Of a stretch of 64,000 bases of DNA, positions 47,970 through 57,991 are shown in pieces. Source of the stretch: Candidatus Nanohaloarchaea archaeon (GTDB lineage: Archaea > Nanohalarchaeota > Nanosalinia > Nanosalinales > Nanosalinaceae). The position numbers and the translations under genes are program-made. The stretch lies in the NCBI GenBank assembly GCA_013343275.1, contig CP046106.1, positions 320,001 to 384,000 of the forward strand, written 5' to 3'. How positions within the stretch are numbered: position 1 is the stretch's first letter; every line of letters begins with the position of its first letter. The notes below the pieces were generated by a model. It made no database searches. It was given only the letters and a program-made list of their open reading frames with translations, and was not told the origin of the DNA.

Positions 47970-49172
47970 TTAGAGTACCGATACCGAGATCCCCAGAACC
48001 AGGGATCCGAGGAGACCAGCCCAGACAACCAGCGACCAGTAATTCAGTACGCCCCGTCCATCAGGGTAGAACCTCTCGAGGAACGCATCTACAACCTGTC
48101 CTCCATCAAGAGGTTTAGCTGGCAGCATGTTGAAGAACCCTACTACAAAGTTCAGGTAGGCCACCATCTTCAGCAGGTTGATAAACCACTGCATACCTGC
48201 AGCGAAAGGCATAACACTTGGAATATACTCTCTGTAAGTGTATTCAACAGTCTCTACAGTGAAACTACCTTCGCTTGTCTGTAAGACCAATGTCTGATTT
48301 GGCCTGAGGCCTTCAGAAATATTTCTCAAATCCTGAGGAGTCTCTATCACTGTACCGTTAATGGATTCAAGAGTTCCATTCCTCATACCGGCTTCGTACG
48401 CCGGGAAGCCTTCCATAGCCTGGTACTTAAGGCCACTATCCGTTGGCTGGGTCTGGATGCCGATAAACCCTGACTGCTGGACAGTAGTGGTGGCGGCGAT
48501 AGTTCCTAGGAATAGAAGCCCAAACACTGCGGCTGTAAGGTAGTTAGCGAAGCTTCCTGCACAGAGAACCTTCAACCTCTGTGTCCATGTACCTTGATCC
48601 CACATGCCGCCTTCTCCATTCTCTGAGGACTCCATATCTTCATCTTCTCCTGGAAGCATGTTCTCTCCTTTTGGCTCTACGAAAGCACCTGGAATAACGC
48701 CCATTACTATCCAGCCAACAGAGTTAATTTCGAAGTCCTCTGCACGGGCCACTATGCCGTGGCTGAACTCGTGGACAACCATCAGTACTGCTATCGATGC
48801 AATCCAGTACTCTACAGGGATGAACGAAATCCCGGACTGGAATGTGGCCTCTCCGCTGAGACCTGGAGCGATCAGTGCCGGGCCGCCTCCGCTTGCAGGG
48901 CTTTTGAAAAGGCCTATTATTGCTGAGCCAGCAAGGTAGAGTGCAGCTGGAATGCTTATGAGACCGAACAGAACTCCTGTCCAGCCGTATACATTCCAGA
49001 GTCTTGGGAATTTTTTCGCAACCTTATCTATGAACTCTACACCATGCTTGGTTCTCCGGTAGAAAAGTATTGATACCCGCTGAATCTTGTTTCTGTCATA
49101 CCATAGAAAGGCTGAAAGCGCTGCCAGAAAAACTATTGAGAATATAACTCGCGGTTCAAGTCCATAGATCAT
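47970..49172 (-). CDS. Site-2 (M50) intramembrane metalloprotease with PDZ-like domain
   Basis: HEFSH, GAFVEP, AGSFAN, NMLPAKPLDGG. Confidence 0.93.
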   Translation of the reverse strand: MIYGLEPRVIFSIVFLAALSAFLWYDRNKIQRVSILFYRRTKHGVEFIDKVAKKFPRLWNVYGWTGVLFGLISIPAALYLAGSAIIGLFKSPASGGGPALIAPGLSGEATFQSGISFIPVEYWIASIAVLMVVHEFSHGIVARAEDFEINSVGWIVMGVIPGAFVEPKGENMLPGEDEDMESSENGEGGMWDQGTWTQRLKVLCAGSFANYLTAAVFGLLFLGTIAATTTVQQSGFIGIQTQPTDSGLKYQAMEGFPAYEAGMRNGTLESINGTVIETPQDLRNISEGLRPNQTLVLQTSEGSFTVETVEYTYREYIPSVMPFAAGMQWFINLLKMVAYLNFVVGFFNMLPAKPLDGGQVVDAFLERFYPDGRGVLNYWSLVVWAGLLGSLVLGISVSVL

Positions 49173-49255
49173 GTATCTTCTTGAAGTGTCGGATGCTTAA
49201 AAACTCGTGCTCGAGTATCGAGCGGTATAAAAAATTCTGCAAGTAAAAGGCCTAC

Positions 49256-50857
49256 ATGAGCGAGCAACCTTTGTTCTGGTCAGACCAGCTGGCGTTTGGC
49301 GTCAGGAAAAAATTTGAAGATGAAGAGACATATGTATGCGCCTCAGGGATCAGTCCTTCAGGCCTTGTACACGCAGGAAACTTCAGAGAAATTATTACCA
49401 CAGATTTTGTTGTTAAATCACTGAAGAACTATGATGAAGATGTCAGGTTTATCTATTCCTGGGATGACTACGACAGATTCCGAAAGGTTCCCTCAAACGT
49501 ACCTGATGAATGGGAACAGTACATAGGCCTACCGCTAAGTGAGGTCCCGGATCCGGAAGGTTGCCACGACAGTTACGCAGAGCATTTCGAATCCAGACTT
49601 GAGGACGAGCTTGAAGGAATGCATATGGATATCGAGTTCATCCGGCAGAGCGAGAAGTTCAAGGCCGGAGACTACACCGAGCAGATCAAGAAGGCCATGA
49701 ACAACCGAGAGAGGATCAAAGAGATACTAGATAAGTACAGAAGAGAGCCTCTGGAAGAACCTTACTTCCCTCTAAGAGTATACTGTAAGGAATGCGGTAA
49801 AGATTTCACCGAGGTCACCGATTACGACGGGGAGTATACTGTCCAGTATCACTGTGGGGAATGTGAGAAAGATCACGAGCTTAACTTCAAAGAAAATCCT
49901 TCTGTCAAGCTGCCTTGGCGTGTTGACTGGCCTATGCGCTGGGAGTATGAGGGAGTCGACTTTGAACCTGCTGGGAAGGAGCACTCTGCCTCAGGAGGTT
50001 CACGGGATACAGGAAACGAGCTGGCTCGCAAGATTTTCGACAAGGAGCCGCCTGTCCACCAGATGTACGAGTTCGTTACGAAAGACGGAGCCAAGATCTC
50101 CTCAAGCTCCGGAGAGAACGTCTTCACAGTCTCCACGTTAAAAGAGGTTTACTCGCCGGAGATAATCAGGTTCCTGTTCTCCAACACGAAGCCAAGCAAG
50201 GCCTTCGAGATTCCTTTCCAGTCAGAGGACATCTTCCAGCGGTACGATAACTTCGACAAGGTAGAGAATGCGTACTTTAACCCGGAAGAAGTGGAGAACG
50301 ACAGGAAGAGAGAGCACTGGAAACGCGTATACGAAATTGCAATGGTCGATATACCTGAAGAGCAGCCTGTAAGAGTTCCATTCCAGCACGCAGCGTTCAT
50401 TGCTCAGACAGTGCCGGAAGAGGAATGGCGAGATAAAGGAATTGAATCACTGAAGCGTACAGGCCATATCCCAGAAAATATCTCGGAAGAAAACGTTGAA
50501 AGAGTGCTTGATCGGTTAGAACGTGCGAAGAACTGGGCCCGTGACTATGCTCCAGAGGAGTACGTCTATGAGATCAATACAGAGATAACAGATGAGATCA
50601 GAGATGAGTTAAGCGAGGACGAACAGGAGGCCATGGTTCTGCTGGCTGATCTACTTGAATCCACAGATTTCGAGGATCAAGACGATCTAGACGGCAAGAT
50701 CTTCGATGTGAAAGAAGATTCTGAACTTGGCACTGGAGAGTTCTTCACTGCGGCCTACAAAACACTTCTATCGAGAGAGCAGGGGCCTCGACTCTCCCGT
50801 CTGATCATGTCGATCGGAGTTGAGGACACTGCAGAAATTTTGAGGCAGCTGGAATAA
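49256..50857 (+). CDS. lysS: Lysine--tRNA ligase, class I
   Basis: SGISPSGLVHAGN, KLPWRVDWPMRW, KISSS, GPRL. Confidence 0.97.
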   Translation: MSEQPLFWSDQLAFGVRKKFEDEETYVCASGISPSGLVHAGNFREIITTDFVVKSLKNYDEDVRFIYSWDDYDRFRKVPSNVPDEWEQYIGLPLSEVPDPEGCHDSYAEHFESRLEDELEGMHMDIEFIRQSEKFKAGDYTEQIKKAMNNRERIKEILDKYRREPLEEPYFPLRVYCKECGKDFTEVTDYDGEYTVQYHCGECEKDHELNFKENPSVKLPWRVDWPMRWEYEGVDFEPAGKEHSASGGSRDTGNELARKIFDKEPPVHQMYEFVTKDGAKISSSSGENVFTVSTLKEVYSPEIIRFLFSNTKPSKAFEIPFQSEDIFQRYDNFDKVENAYFNPEEVENDRKREHWKRVYEIAMVDIPEEQPVRVPFQHAAFIAQTVPEEEWRDKGIESLKRTGHIPENISEENVERVLDRLERAKNWARDYAPEEYVYEINTEITDEIRDELSEDEQEAMVLLADLLESTDFEDQDDLDGKIFDVKEDSELGTGEFFTAAYKTLLSREQGPRLSRLIMSIGVEDTAEILRQLE

Positions 50858-51465
50858 TGAGGGAGAAAGTAAAGGAAGGCTACGATGAAGGAGACTATGA
50901 AGGGGATTACAGAAAAGGCCGTGAGGTCAGGGAAAAAGAAAGAGAGCTACTAGACCGGTTATTTGGCAGAGTCTCTAGCAGCCGTGTACTGGATCTTGGA
51001 TGTGGTACAGGCCTTCCTTTCGACCGTTTTCTTGTAGAGAAAGATTTCGATGTTACCGGAGTAGATATTTCGGAGAAACATGTGAAGATGGCTCGGGAGA
51101 ACGTTCCTGAAGCCGACTTCATTGAGGGAGACTTTTTCGAAAGAGATTTCGAAGAGAACACCTTTGATGCTGTAGTCAGCTTCTATGCCATTTTCCATAT
51201 TCCTCGTCAGGAGCACCCTGAACTCTTCACCCAGATCAGGAAATGGGTCAAAGAGGACGGTGCTGTACTGATTACGCTGGGCCCTGAAGAAATGGACAAC
51301 CACCACGGAGAGATAGGCGGACAGGAAATGTTATGGAGTTCATACTCTCCTGAGAAAAATATCAAACTGCTGGAAGATGCTGGTTTCGACATTGTAACTA
51401 CCTACACAGAGGACTACAGAGACGAAACCCATTTCTGGGTTCTTGCAGAGCCTTCAGGACAATGA
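50857..51465 (+). CDS. Class I SAM-dependent methyltransferase
   Basis: VLDLGCGTG, GVDIS, FDAVVSFYAIFH. Confidence 0.92.
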   Translation: MREKVKEGYDEGDYEGDYRKGREVREKERELLDRLFGRVSSSRVLDLGCGTGLPFDRFLVEKDFDVTGVDISEKHVKMARENVPEADFIEGDFFERDFEENTFDAVVSFYAIFHIPRQEHPELFTQIRKWVKEDGAVLITLGPEEMDNHHGEIGGQEMLWSSYSPEKNIKLLEDAGFDIVTTYTEDYRDETHFWVLAEPSGQ

Positions 51466-52091
51466 AAAACAACCAGTTCCACTTTACGGCCTTGATTTTC
51501 TGCTTTTTTCTTTCTCTAGTCTATGCTGGCCAGTATCTTTATGGGTGGCAGCCAGGCTTTCAGGCCTCGGTATCGCCGTGGTGGAAGTTCTTCACATCAT
51601 TCCTCGGGCATTCAGGTCTGGAACACCTTCTCAACAATCTGTTCTTCCTCGGGCTTTTCGGCTCGATGTACGAGCTGCTGACCGACGGCAAAACCTTTCT
51701 CGGGACTTTCCTGATTTCAGCACTTGTCGGAAACCTTACAGCATTCATCTTCTTCCCGAACTCAGTAATCATCGGGGCCTCTGGAGGTGCTGTCGGTGTT
51801 CTGGCAGCGCTTGCTGTATACCAGCCTAACAAGATAGGTCTTGTGTTCGGAGTTCCAGCACCTATGTGGGCGGTGCTTCCAGGATATATAGCTCTGAATC
51901 TTATCGGTTTAGGAGCAGAAAATAGCGTGGCTTACGAGGCCCACCTGTTTGGAATGTTTGCAGGTGCGGCTATAGGCCTTTATCTACGTGAAGGAAGTAG
52001 TGAGGAAGAATCTGGAGAAGAGCGAGGAGAGGGAAATGACGAGGACTGGAGAAGCAGGATTAGAGAATGGGAAGAGAAGTATATGCTCTAA
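51462..52091 (+). CDS. Rhomboid intramembrane serine protease
   Basis: H...HL..N, GASG, AHLFG. Confidence 0.93.
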   Translation: MKNNQFHFTALIFCFFLSLVYAGQYLYGWQPGFQASVSPWWKFFTSFLGHSGLEHLLNNLFFLGLFGSMYELLTDGKTFLGTFLISALVGNLTAFIFFPNSVIIGASGGAVGVLAALAVYQPNKIGLVFGVPAPMWAVLPGYIALNLIGLGAENSVAYEAHLFGMFAGAAIGLYLREGSSEEESGEERGEGNDEDWRSRIREWEEKYML

Positions 52092-52531
52092 CCCATAGGA
52101 TTGAAATCTCTATCTGAGGAGTCATCCTCGTCCTCAAAGAAATCGTCTACGTCTTTATCGTCTTCCTCTTCCTGATCCCTGGAACGGCCTCTACTGCTGT
52201 TGGAGTTTTGCTGGCTTCGGCTACTGTTTCTGGAACGGGAGCGACCAGAGTTACTGTTTTTCCGGCTTCGGTCTGTATCAGAATTGCTACCTGAATTTCT
52301 ACTTGAACCTCTATCCTGGCTCTGGCTCTGCTGCCGGGCCTGTTGCTGTTTCTGCTGGCTTTGCTGCTGTATCTGGCTGATAAACTGGTCTGTGTCGATG
52401 CCTTGGTCCTCGAGTGCGCTCAGATGTCTTTCCAGCTGAGAGTTAACTATCTGTAGTATTCTTGAAAGCTCTTTCTTCTCATGTAGAAGTGTTTCAACTG
52501 CACCTTTGTGACGGCCTATTTCCTCTGACAT
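52088..52531 (-). CDS. Hypothetical protein: helical N-terminus plus Q/S/R-rich disordered tail
   Basis: IGRHKGAVETLLHEKKEL...; low-complexity C half. Confidence 0.8.
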   Translation of the reverse strand: MSEEIGRHKGAVETLLHEKKELSRILQIVNSQLERHLSALEDQGIDTDQFISQIQQQSQQKQQQARQQSQSQDRGSSRNSGSNSDTDRSRKNSNSGRSRSRNSSRSQQNSNSSRGRSRDQEEEDDKDVDDFFEDEDDSSDRDFNPMG

Positions 52532-52573
52532 AACGGTTTCTTCGCACCCGACTTCATTAAAACTTCCTGTAGT

Positions 52574-53698
52574 TCAGCCGATGAGAGATGCGATGTACCC
52601 TGCGGAGATAAATGTCGCTGCGGCGCTGCCGATCGTTACAAAGCCGAAGGTCAGGAGTATCCTCCCCATCTGGTTGTTCCATAGCTCTCTGTAACTCTCG
52701 ATCTTCGAGACATCTTCCAGTTCTTCCACGGTTGGAGGGTGGAGCTTGGCCTCTGCATAGGATGCAACCATACCCGCCCCAAGAGCAGGATCAAGCGAGG
52801 TGAGAGGAGCAGCAAGGAAGGAAACTATCCATGTAGAGACATGTGATCGAGCTATTATCGCTCCCAGCATTGCAAGTATACCATTGGAGAGAATCCAGAA
52901 CTTAGTAGCTGATACACCGGTAGCGAAACCTATCTGAAAGAAGCTGTAGGCAAGTCCTGCTATAATAAATGCCGGTACTCCATAACTCAGGGCCTTCATC
53001 CACGGGAAGCCTTTGACATCAGGGAAGTCTGTGTCTCTACTTTCTTTCTTCAGCTCCTCTATCAGGCCTTCCATGTGTGCTGCGCCGACCACTACAACTG
53101 CGGAGTCAAAGTCCTCCTCCAGTATTTTCTTTGCCATATACGTGTTTCTCTCATTCAGGAACACTCTGGAGAGCTCGGGGAACTCCTCTTCCAGCTGCTG
53201 CACCAGCGTGTTGATTAGATTGTCTTCCTTCAGTTCCTCAACTTCCATCTCCTCGCCGGAGACCATGAGTGAGGCCGCCAGCTTCATCTTATCCCATAAG
53301 CTGAGAGAACTGATCGCTCTGTTCAGAGTAACGTTGATATCCTGATCAACCAGTGCATAGTCAAGGCCTTCATCCTCTGCAGTTTTAACGGCCTCAAGAA
53401 GTTCCTCTCCAGGTTTCATTCCCTGTTCCAGTCCTAGCTGTCTCTGATAGATTGAAAGTATAAGGTTTAACAGCAGAAGTTTTCCGTTGCCTTCTCTTAT
53501 GGCCTCAGTTACATCCAGGTCACGCCATCCTGAATCCTCTCTAAGAGATTTCAACCTGTTCTCATCCAGCTCTACACATACAGTGTCCGGTCTCTCCTCT
53601 TCGATAGTTTTTCTGACCTCTTCCTTGCTCTCCTGGGACACGTGTGCGGTACCGACTACCGTGATCTCTCTGTCATCTAGCTGGATTTTCTTCTTCAT
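52574..53698 (-). CDS. TraB/PrgY (pheromone shutdown) family protein
   Basis: VGTAHVS, VCVELD..R, ERN.YMA, VVGAAH; C-terminal TMs. Confidence 0.93.
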   Translation of the reverse strand: MKKKIQLDDREITVVGTAHVSQESKEEVRKTIEEERPDTVCVELDENRLKSLREDSGWRDLDVTEAIREGNGKLLLLNLILSIYQRQLGLEQGMKPGEELLEAVKTAEDEGLDYALVDQDINVTLNRAISSLSLWDKMKLAASLMVSGEEMEVEELKEDNLINTLVQQLEEEFPELSRVFLNERNTYMAKKILEEDFDSAVVVVGAAHMEGLIEELKKESRDTDFPDVKGFPWMKALSYGVPAFIIAGLAYSFFQIGFATGVSATKFWILSNGILAMLGAIIARSHVSTWIVSFLAAPLTSLDPALGAGMVASYAEAKLHPPTVEELEDVSKIESYRELWNNQMGRILLTFGFVTIGSAAATFISAGYIASLIG

Positions 53699-53722
53699 TA
53701 AAACAGGAAAGCGGACTGAAGA

Positions 53723-54253
53723 TTATTTAAACTGCTGCAACTCCTGGAAATCCTTTTCCACGAGTTCACCGAACTCAAGCTCACGCCAGAAAAAGTACGG
53801 TTCATCACCGAGCAATATACTGAAGTAGAGGCCGTGACCTACCACGAGAACCCTTTCATACTCCATATCCTCAAGTTTCTCAATAAAGGTTCTAATCCTG
53901 TTTTTAACCTCTGATTTCGGCTCCCAGGCCGTTTTTGGGAAGTCATTCTGCAGGTATGTCTTGGCAGTCTCCACGTACTCAGAATGATCTTCAATAAAAC
54001 CTCTACGAGATCTATCTACTTCACGCAGCTCCTCCATAGGTACAACTTCCTCTCCTGTCTGCTCTAGAATCTTTTCCGCAGTATTTCGGGCCTTTGGCTC
54101 CGGACTTGTCAGTATCGCTTCGACATCAGGGATATCTCTATCCAGGAACTCCTGTAGCTGGTTCATTCCTTCTTCCGAGAGCGTCCACTCTGAGACCGGA
54201 GTGTCGGGATCTACCTCTGTCTGGAAATGCCGGAGGAAGAATACTTTCTGCAT
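53723..54253 (-). CDS. Histidine phosphatase family protein
   Basis: FLRH..T, TSPE.KA..TA, LRE, VGHG. Confidence 0.85.
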   Translation of the reverse strand: MQKVFFLRHFQTEVDPDTPVSEWTLSEEGMNQLQEFLDRDIPDVEAILTSPEPKARNTAEKILEQTGEEVVPMEELREVDRSRRGFIEDHSEYVETAKTYLQNDFPKTAWEPKSEVKNRIRTFIEKLEDMEYERVLVVGHGLYFSILLGDEPYFFWRELEFGELVEKDFQELQQFK

Positions 54254-54281
54254 AAAGAGACGTTAGTCATTGCAGGTATAT

Positions 54282-55286
54282 TTATCTTCTCAATTTCTTA
54301 CCGAATGCGTTCCAGGCCGGTAGGATGAATGCTCCAATACCTATCACCATGATCACTGCCTGAGCCATAGCACCTACTACAGGTATCAGGTCAAGGAACA
54401 GCCAGAGAAGGACTCCGAGAAACATGGCCAGGTAGTCATGCTGCGACTGCTCTGTAGCTATTGCCCTCTTCATAATACTGTAAGGGCCATAGAACGTTCC
54501 GAGCAGAAGAAGCACGATAAATACAATACCTATGAGAGCTGCCAGAGGAAGACCTACAAATGTGAATGCCAGAACTAGAGCTGCTGCAGGCAGAAATATT
54601 AGGGAAGCTAGACCCAGAAATGCAGAAGCAGCAGTCCGTCCCCGGAAACTTTCATCAACTCTACGGGCATAGGCAGGAGCCAGAGCTATCAGTACAAGGC
54701 CTGCTGCCATCCGTATAACAGCTGTTACTGCCTCAGTAACTATATCTGTGAATTCACTGGATATATCGAGTTCTCTACTATCTATTTTCTTTCTGAGAAT
54801 CTTGCCTGTGACATTGGCCTGTTTTTCGAAGGTATCGGCGTCATAGATAAGCGTTCCGTTGACTCTGGCCAGAGAATCGATTACAAGTCTTTCAGAATCT
54901 ACAGTGGAGTTCTGTACTGATCCGTTGATGTGTGCGTTCTGTGCAACCACTTTCAGAGATCCGTTTATAGCGCCTGTGTGCCTAAGTGAGAAAGATTCTG
55001 CATATATTTCTGCGTTACCTTCTACAGCTCCCCATATTTCAACCTGGCTGGCGTATACAGTTAAATCGCCCTTTACCGGTCCTTTAACTTTCACAGTATT
55101 GGCAAACAGCGTTAGATTTCCTCCGGCCCTCTCCACGATCACGTCTTTGCCGAAGACTGTGGTACTGGTATTGGTGTCTACACGAATATCATCTCCGAAA
55201 ACAGTCTCAGCTGCGGCTGCAGGCGTCAGAACCAGCATTAGTAATGATAAAGCCAGGAGAACAGAGATTTTGCTCTTTGAAAACAT
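54282..55286 (-). CDS. Exported beta-helix (bactofilin-like) domain plus C-terminal membrane domain
   Basis: Signal peptide, V.G.V.G repeats, 4-5 TMs; start uncertain (55286 or 55310). Confidence 0.8.
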   Translation of the reverse strand: MFSKSKISVLLALSLLMLVLTPAAAAETVFGDDIRVDTNTSTTVFGKDVIVERAGGNLTLFANTVKVKGPVKGDLTVYASQVEIWGAVEGNAEIYAESFSLRHTGAINGSLKVVAQNAHINGSVQNSTVDSERLVIDSLARVNGTLIYDADTFEKQANVTGKILRKKIDSRELDISSEFTDIVTEAVTAVIRMAAGLVLIALAPAYARRVDESFRGRTAASAFLGLASLIFLPAAALVLAFTFVGLPLAALIGIVFIVLLLLGTFYGPYSIMKRAIATEQSQHDYLAMFLGVLLWLFLDLIPVVGAMAQAVIMVIGIGAFILPAWNAFGKKLRR

Positions 55287-55358
55287 AATACCTGTAACCT
55301 TTTCCGACATTAAGATATCTTTCGGTTCTGCCGAGATAGTTGATTTTTTGTAGTTTGT

Positions 55359-55742
55359 GTGGCAAAAACCAGTTATATGAACTTGGAGAAGCTTATACCC
55401 GACAATTACGGACAACTGGAAAACGATGACCTCGCTCTTTCAGAAGGACGAATCCGGAGAATCATTCGTGAAGGAATGGACGAGGAACAAACTCTTGACG
55501 GCGATGTACCTCACGTAATCAACTGCGTCCTCTCAAGAATGCTTGACGAGATAACAGAAAAAACACTTGAAGAAGGCGAGATGATGGCAAAAATCAAGGA
55601 GGCGCACCTTCGATCCGCACTGAGAGATCTGGAGATAGAGGAAGAGTATTCTGCCAGAAGCGAGGCCTTTATCGACCAGCTCCGAAGCATCTCAGAGGAA
55701 ATGGAGAGAACAGCCGAGAAACTGGAGCAGAAGCAGAATTAA
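55359..55742 (+). CDS. Histone-fold protein with C-terminal coiled coil
   Basis: LALSEGRIRRIIRE (alpha1), long alpha2, KIKEAHLRSAL (alpha3), heptad tail. Confidence 0.7.
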   Translation: MAKTSYMNLEKLIPDNYGQLENDDLALSEGRIRRIIREGMDEEQTLDGDVPHVINCVLSRMLDEITEKTLEEGEMMAKIKEAHLRSALRDLEIEEEYSARSEAFIDQLRSISEEMERTAEKLEQKQN

Positions 55743-55795
55743 GGCCAAGCTATAAAATCTTCAGGCCAGTAATACAGGACTAGGTGAAAAATTCA

Positions 55796-56035
55796 ATGGC
55801 AGACGTAAAATATCTCGACTGGTCTACTCTTGCACTGGTAGTAATCGGCGCCCTTAACTGGGGTCTTGTAGGATTAGGGATGCTGACAGGTGCAGACAGA
55901 GAAGCGTACAACCTGGTCAATCTGATCTTCGGGGGAGTAGCCGGTGGACAGCTCGAAGCAGCAGTCTACCTACTAGTAGGACTGGCAGGACTTTACCAGA
56001 TCTACTTCGGCTACGAGCTCTACGAAGAAAAGTAA
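55796..56035 (+). CDS. DUF378 family membrane protein
   Basis: LVVIGALNWGLVG...NLVNLIFG...YLLVGLAG. Confidence 0.9.
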   Translation: MADVKYLDWSTLALVVIGALNWGLVGLGMLTGADREAYNLVNLIFGGVAGGQLEAAVYLLVGLAGLYQIYFGYELYEEK

Positions 56036-56039
56036 AAAA

Positions 56040-56267
56040 TCAATCCGTATTTTCCTCTTCTTTATTCTCAACTTCCTCAACGCCGCCTAAATCATCTACA
56101 TCACCAAGGCCTTCAGTCAAATCCTGCGTTGATTCCATCAAATCACTCATCTGATCCTCCATCATACCGAGCTGCTGCCTCATCTTCCACCTCAGATAAA
56201 GCAGAGCTCCTCCAAGGCCTACAAAAATACCGACAAAGACACCAGCTACAAAGATCATCCAGTTCAT
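56040..56267 (-). CDS. Single-TM small protein
   Basis: MNWMIFVAGVFVG...; acidic coiled tail. Confidence 0.75.
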   Translation of the reverse strand: MNWMIFVAGVFVGIFVGLGGALLYLRWKMRQQLGMMEDQMSDLMESTQDLTEGLGDVDDLGGVEEVENKEEENTD

Positions 56268-56395
56268 AACTACAAGCTTGGAGAAGCAGAAATTAAAAAC
56301 TGCTTGATGGACTCTGGAGGTTAGAAAATCAGATGAGTTTTTTGGCATGAAAGCGATGCAGGGCATGGCTTATGATGATCAAACTTTCAGAAGTT

Positions 56396-56555
56396 TGGAC
56401 TCTGTGGGATTTGAACCCACGGCCTCCTGCTATTTCAGGCCTTTACACTGATCAAGGTTCCTACATAATCCATGCGAAGCATGGTTTGTTGCGTGCCGCA
56501 CTCAGCGTAACGAGGCGTGCGAAGCCGGCGTTCCGCCAAGCTGAACTAAGAGCCC
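56396..56555 (-). tRNA. tRNA-Ala(CGC) with 86-nt intron (56432-56517) at position 37/38
   Basis: GGGCTCT/AGAGTCC acceptor (G3:U70), CCGGC-TT-CGC-A^A-GCAGG (one G:A mismatch), GTGGG-TTCAAAT-CCCAC. Confidence 0.85.
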
Positions 56556-56612
56556 TTTCAGTCCAGGTTTCTTCTGGAAATTATTAAGTAGCTACTGTTG
56601 GAGTATACTTGT

Positions 56613-57032
56613 ATGAACGCCCTCGATAACATCCGCGACAATATTACTGATGAATCAGCGGCATACGGGTATACGCTGAGCATCTGGGGTTCAGGAGCCC
56701 TTCTGCTAAACAAATATTCTATGGATCCTGGCGCCATATTGGCTTTCGTCTTCGGGGGCGTAATAGGCTTCGCTTTACTCGCTGCCATCAGCTTTAGAGG
56801 GCTCTTCGAAGAGGTAGAGTCGCCAGATGTAGACCATATAGCCGCCTCGATGATCCATATTTTTGCCTCTCTAGGTAGTGTGCTGATAACATATCTAGTT
56901 ATAACAAGTGTAGAGAACTTCTCAAAACCACTAGTCTTCCTGATAGGAGCTCATGTAACATTCACATACAATCTGCTCCTGGTTCTGGAAGAATTAGTTT
57001 CAGAAGACATTTACCGGCTAGAGAATCAGTAA
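56613..57032 (+). CDS. Hypothetical 4-TM protein
   Basis: ESAAYGYTLSIWGSGALL; hydrophobic segments. Confidence 0.8.
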   Translation: MNALDNIRDNITDESAAYGYTLSIWGSGALLLNKYSMDPGAILAFVFGGVIGFALLAAISFRGLFEEVESPDVDHIAASMIHIFASLGSVLITYLVITSVENFSKPLVFLIGAHVTFTYNLLLVLEELVSEDIYRLENQ

Positions 57033-57033
57033 A

Positions 57034-57204
57034 ATGAATAAGAAATTTTTGAAAGCTGTACTGGCCTTCGTTGCAGTTAATTTAACCGGCATTGGCGCTG
57101 CGGCATTCATAGCAAGGCATGATATAGGTGCAGCACTGCTCACATTAGCTGTTTTCCTGATTGGTGGTCCTGCGCTCGTCTTTGATCGTTTCTTTACACA
57201 GTAG
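57034..57204 (+). CDS. Small 2-TM protein (56 aa), not in the ORF track
   Basis: MNKKFLKAVLAFVAVNLTGIG...LVFDRFFTQ*; starts 1 bp after the previous stop. Confidence 0.6.
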   Translation: MNKKFLKAVLAFVAVNLTGIGAAAFIARHDIGAALLTLAVFLIGGPALVFDRFFTQ

Positions 57205-57586
57205 CGAACTCGTAATCTTCCTCATACTTCAGGAATCCTGTAACGGCCCCTGCCAGCACACTTGAGACCAGAACGTATGCTGATGCAAATACAAACATCT
57301 TCATGGTTGTATCGAAAGGTGCAAAGCCTATTGCAGAACTGAAGATACCTTCTGTAGGGAACACAGAGCCATAGTATAGATTAATTACTCCGAAGAAAAG
57401 TAGTGTAAACCCTATGATGGAGCCTGTTAAGAGGCCTTCTTTACCATTCTTAGCCAGTAGAAAAGCTGCTACAGCGGCACCAGCTACTGTGGAGATTAAC
57501 TGTAAAGCTGGCAGAAAGACTGATCCTGCGAGAGCAACTGCAAGGCCCGCAAATATCCCTACCTCAAGACCTCTTTCCTCGAACAT
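57194..57586 (-). CDS. Hypothetical membrane protein (DUF5518-like)
   Basis: 4 TM, G/A-rich helices. Confidence 0.7.
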   Translation of the reverse strand: MFEERGLEVGIFAGLAVALAGSVFLPALQLISTVAGAAVAAFLLAKNGKEGLLTGSIIGFTLLFFGVINLYYGSVFPTEGIFSSAIGFAPFDTTMKMFVFASAYVLVSSVLAGAVTGFLKYEEDYEFATV

Positions 57587-57744
57587 GGATGAGTTATACC
57601 GAGGCTAGTTAATAGGGTTTGTCCCGTAAATACCTAGACCGAGATATTCTAACTCCAAACACCTCTTCTAGAAAGCTATAAAAGGCCTGTCCCGGCCTAA
57701 ACAGAGTTTCTTCTTTTTAAGGGTTAATCCGTTGAGAGTCCTAC

Positions 57745-57978
57745 ATGGCCTCAAAATCAGCTGTTGACAGGTTTGCTGCAGCCTTCGTCCAGATACACCT
57801 AGCCTCAATTCTTGCAGGTATAATAGCAAATAGGACATCTGGAACTCTACACGGCCTCGCAACCTACCTGTTCTCAATACACCTCTTAGCTGGTCTGATC
57901 TACATATTCAATGTCAAAAGCAGCAGGGCTCTAAAAGAACTGGCTGTCAAAATGCTGGCTGAAATGAAAGAACAGTAA
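57745..57978 (+). CDS. Small membrane protein
   Basis: 77 aa, 2 hydrophobic segments, TATA-like TTTTTAA upstream. Confidence 0.6.
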   Translation: MASKSAVDRFAAAFVQIHLASILAGIIANRTSGTLHGLATYLFSIHLLAGLIYIFNVKSSRALKELAVKMLAEMKEQ

Positions 57979-57991
57979 GTAGAGAAAGACT

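Noticed and set aside
56300-56395. Box C/D sRNA (ATGATGA near 56372) or att site (TGGACTCTG 9-mer)
   Set aside because: No properly spaced D box outside the antisense tRNA; a 9-bp match is too short to support an att site
56372-56587. 71-aa plus-strand ORF
   Set aside because: Antisense shadow of the intron-containing tRNA-Ala
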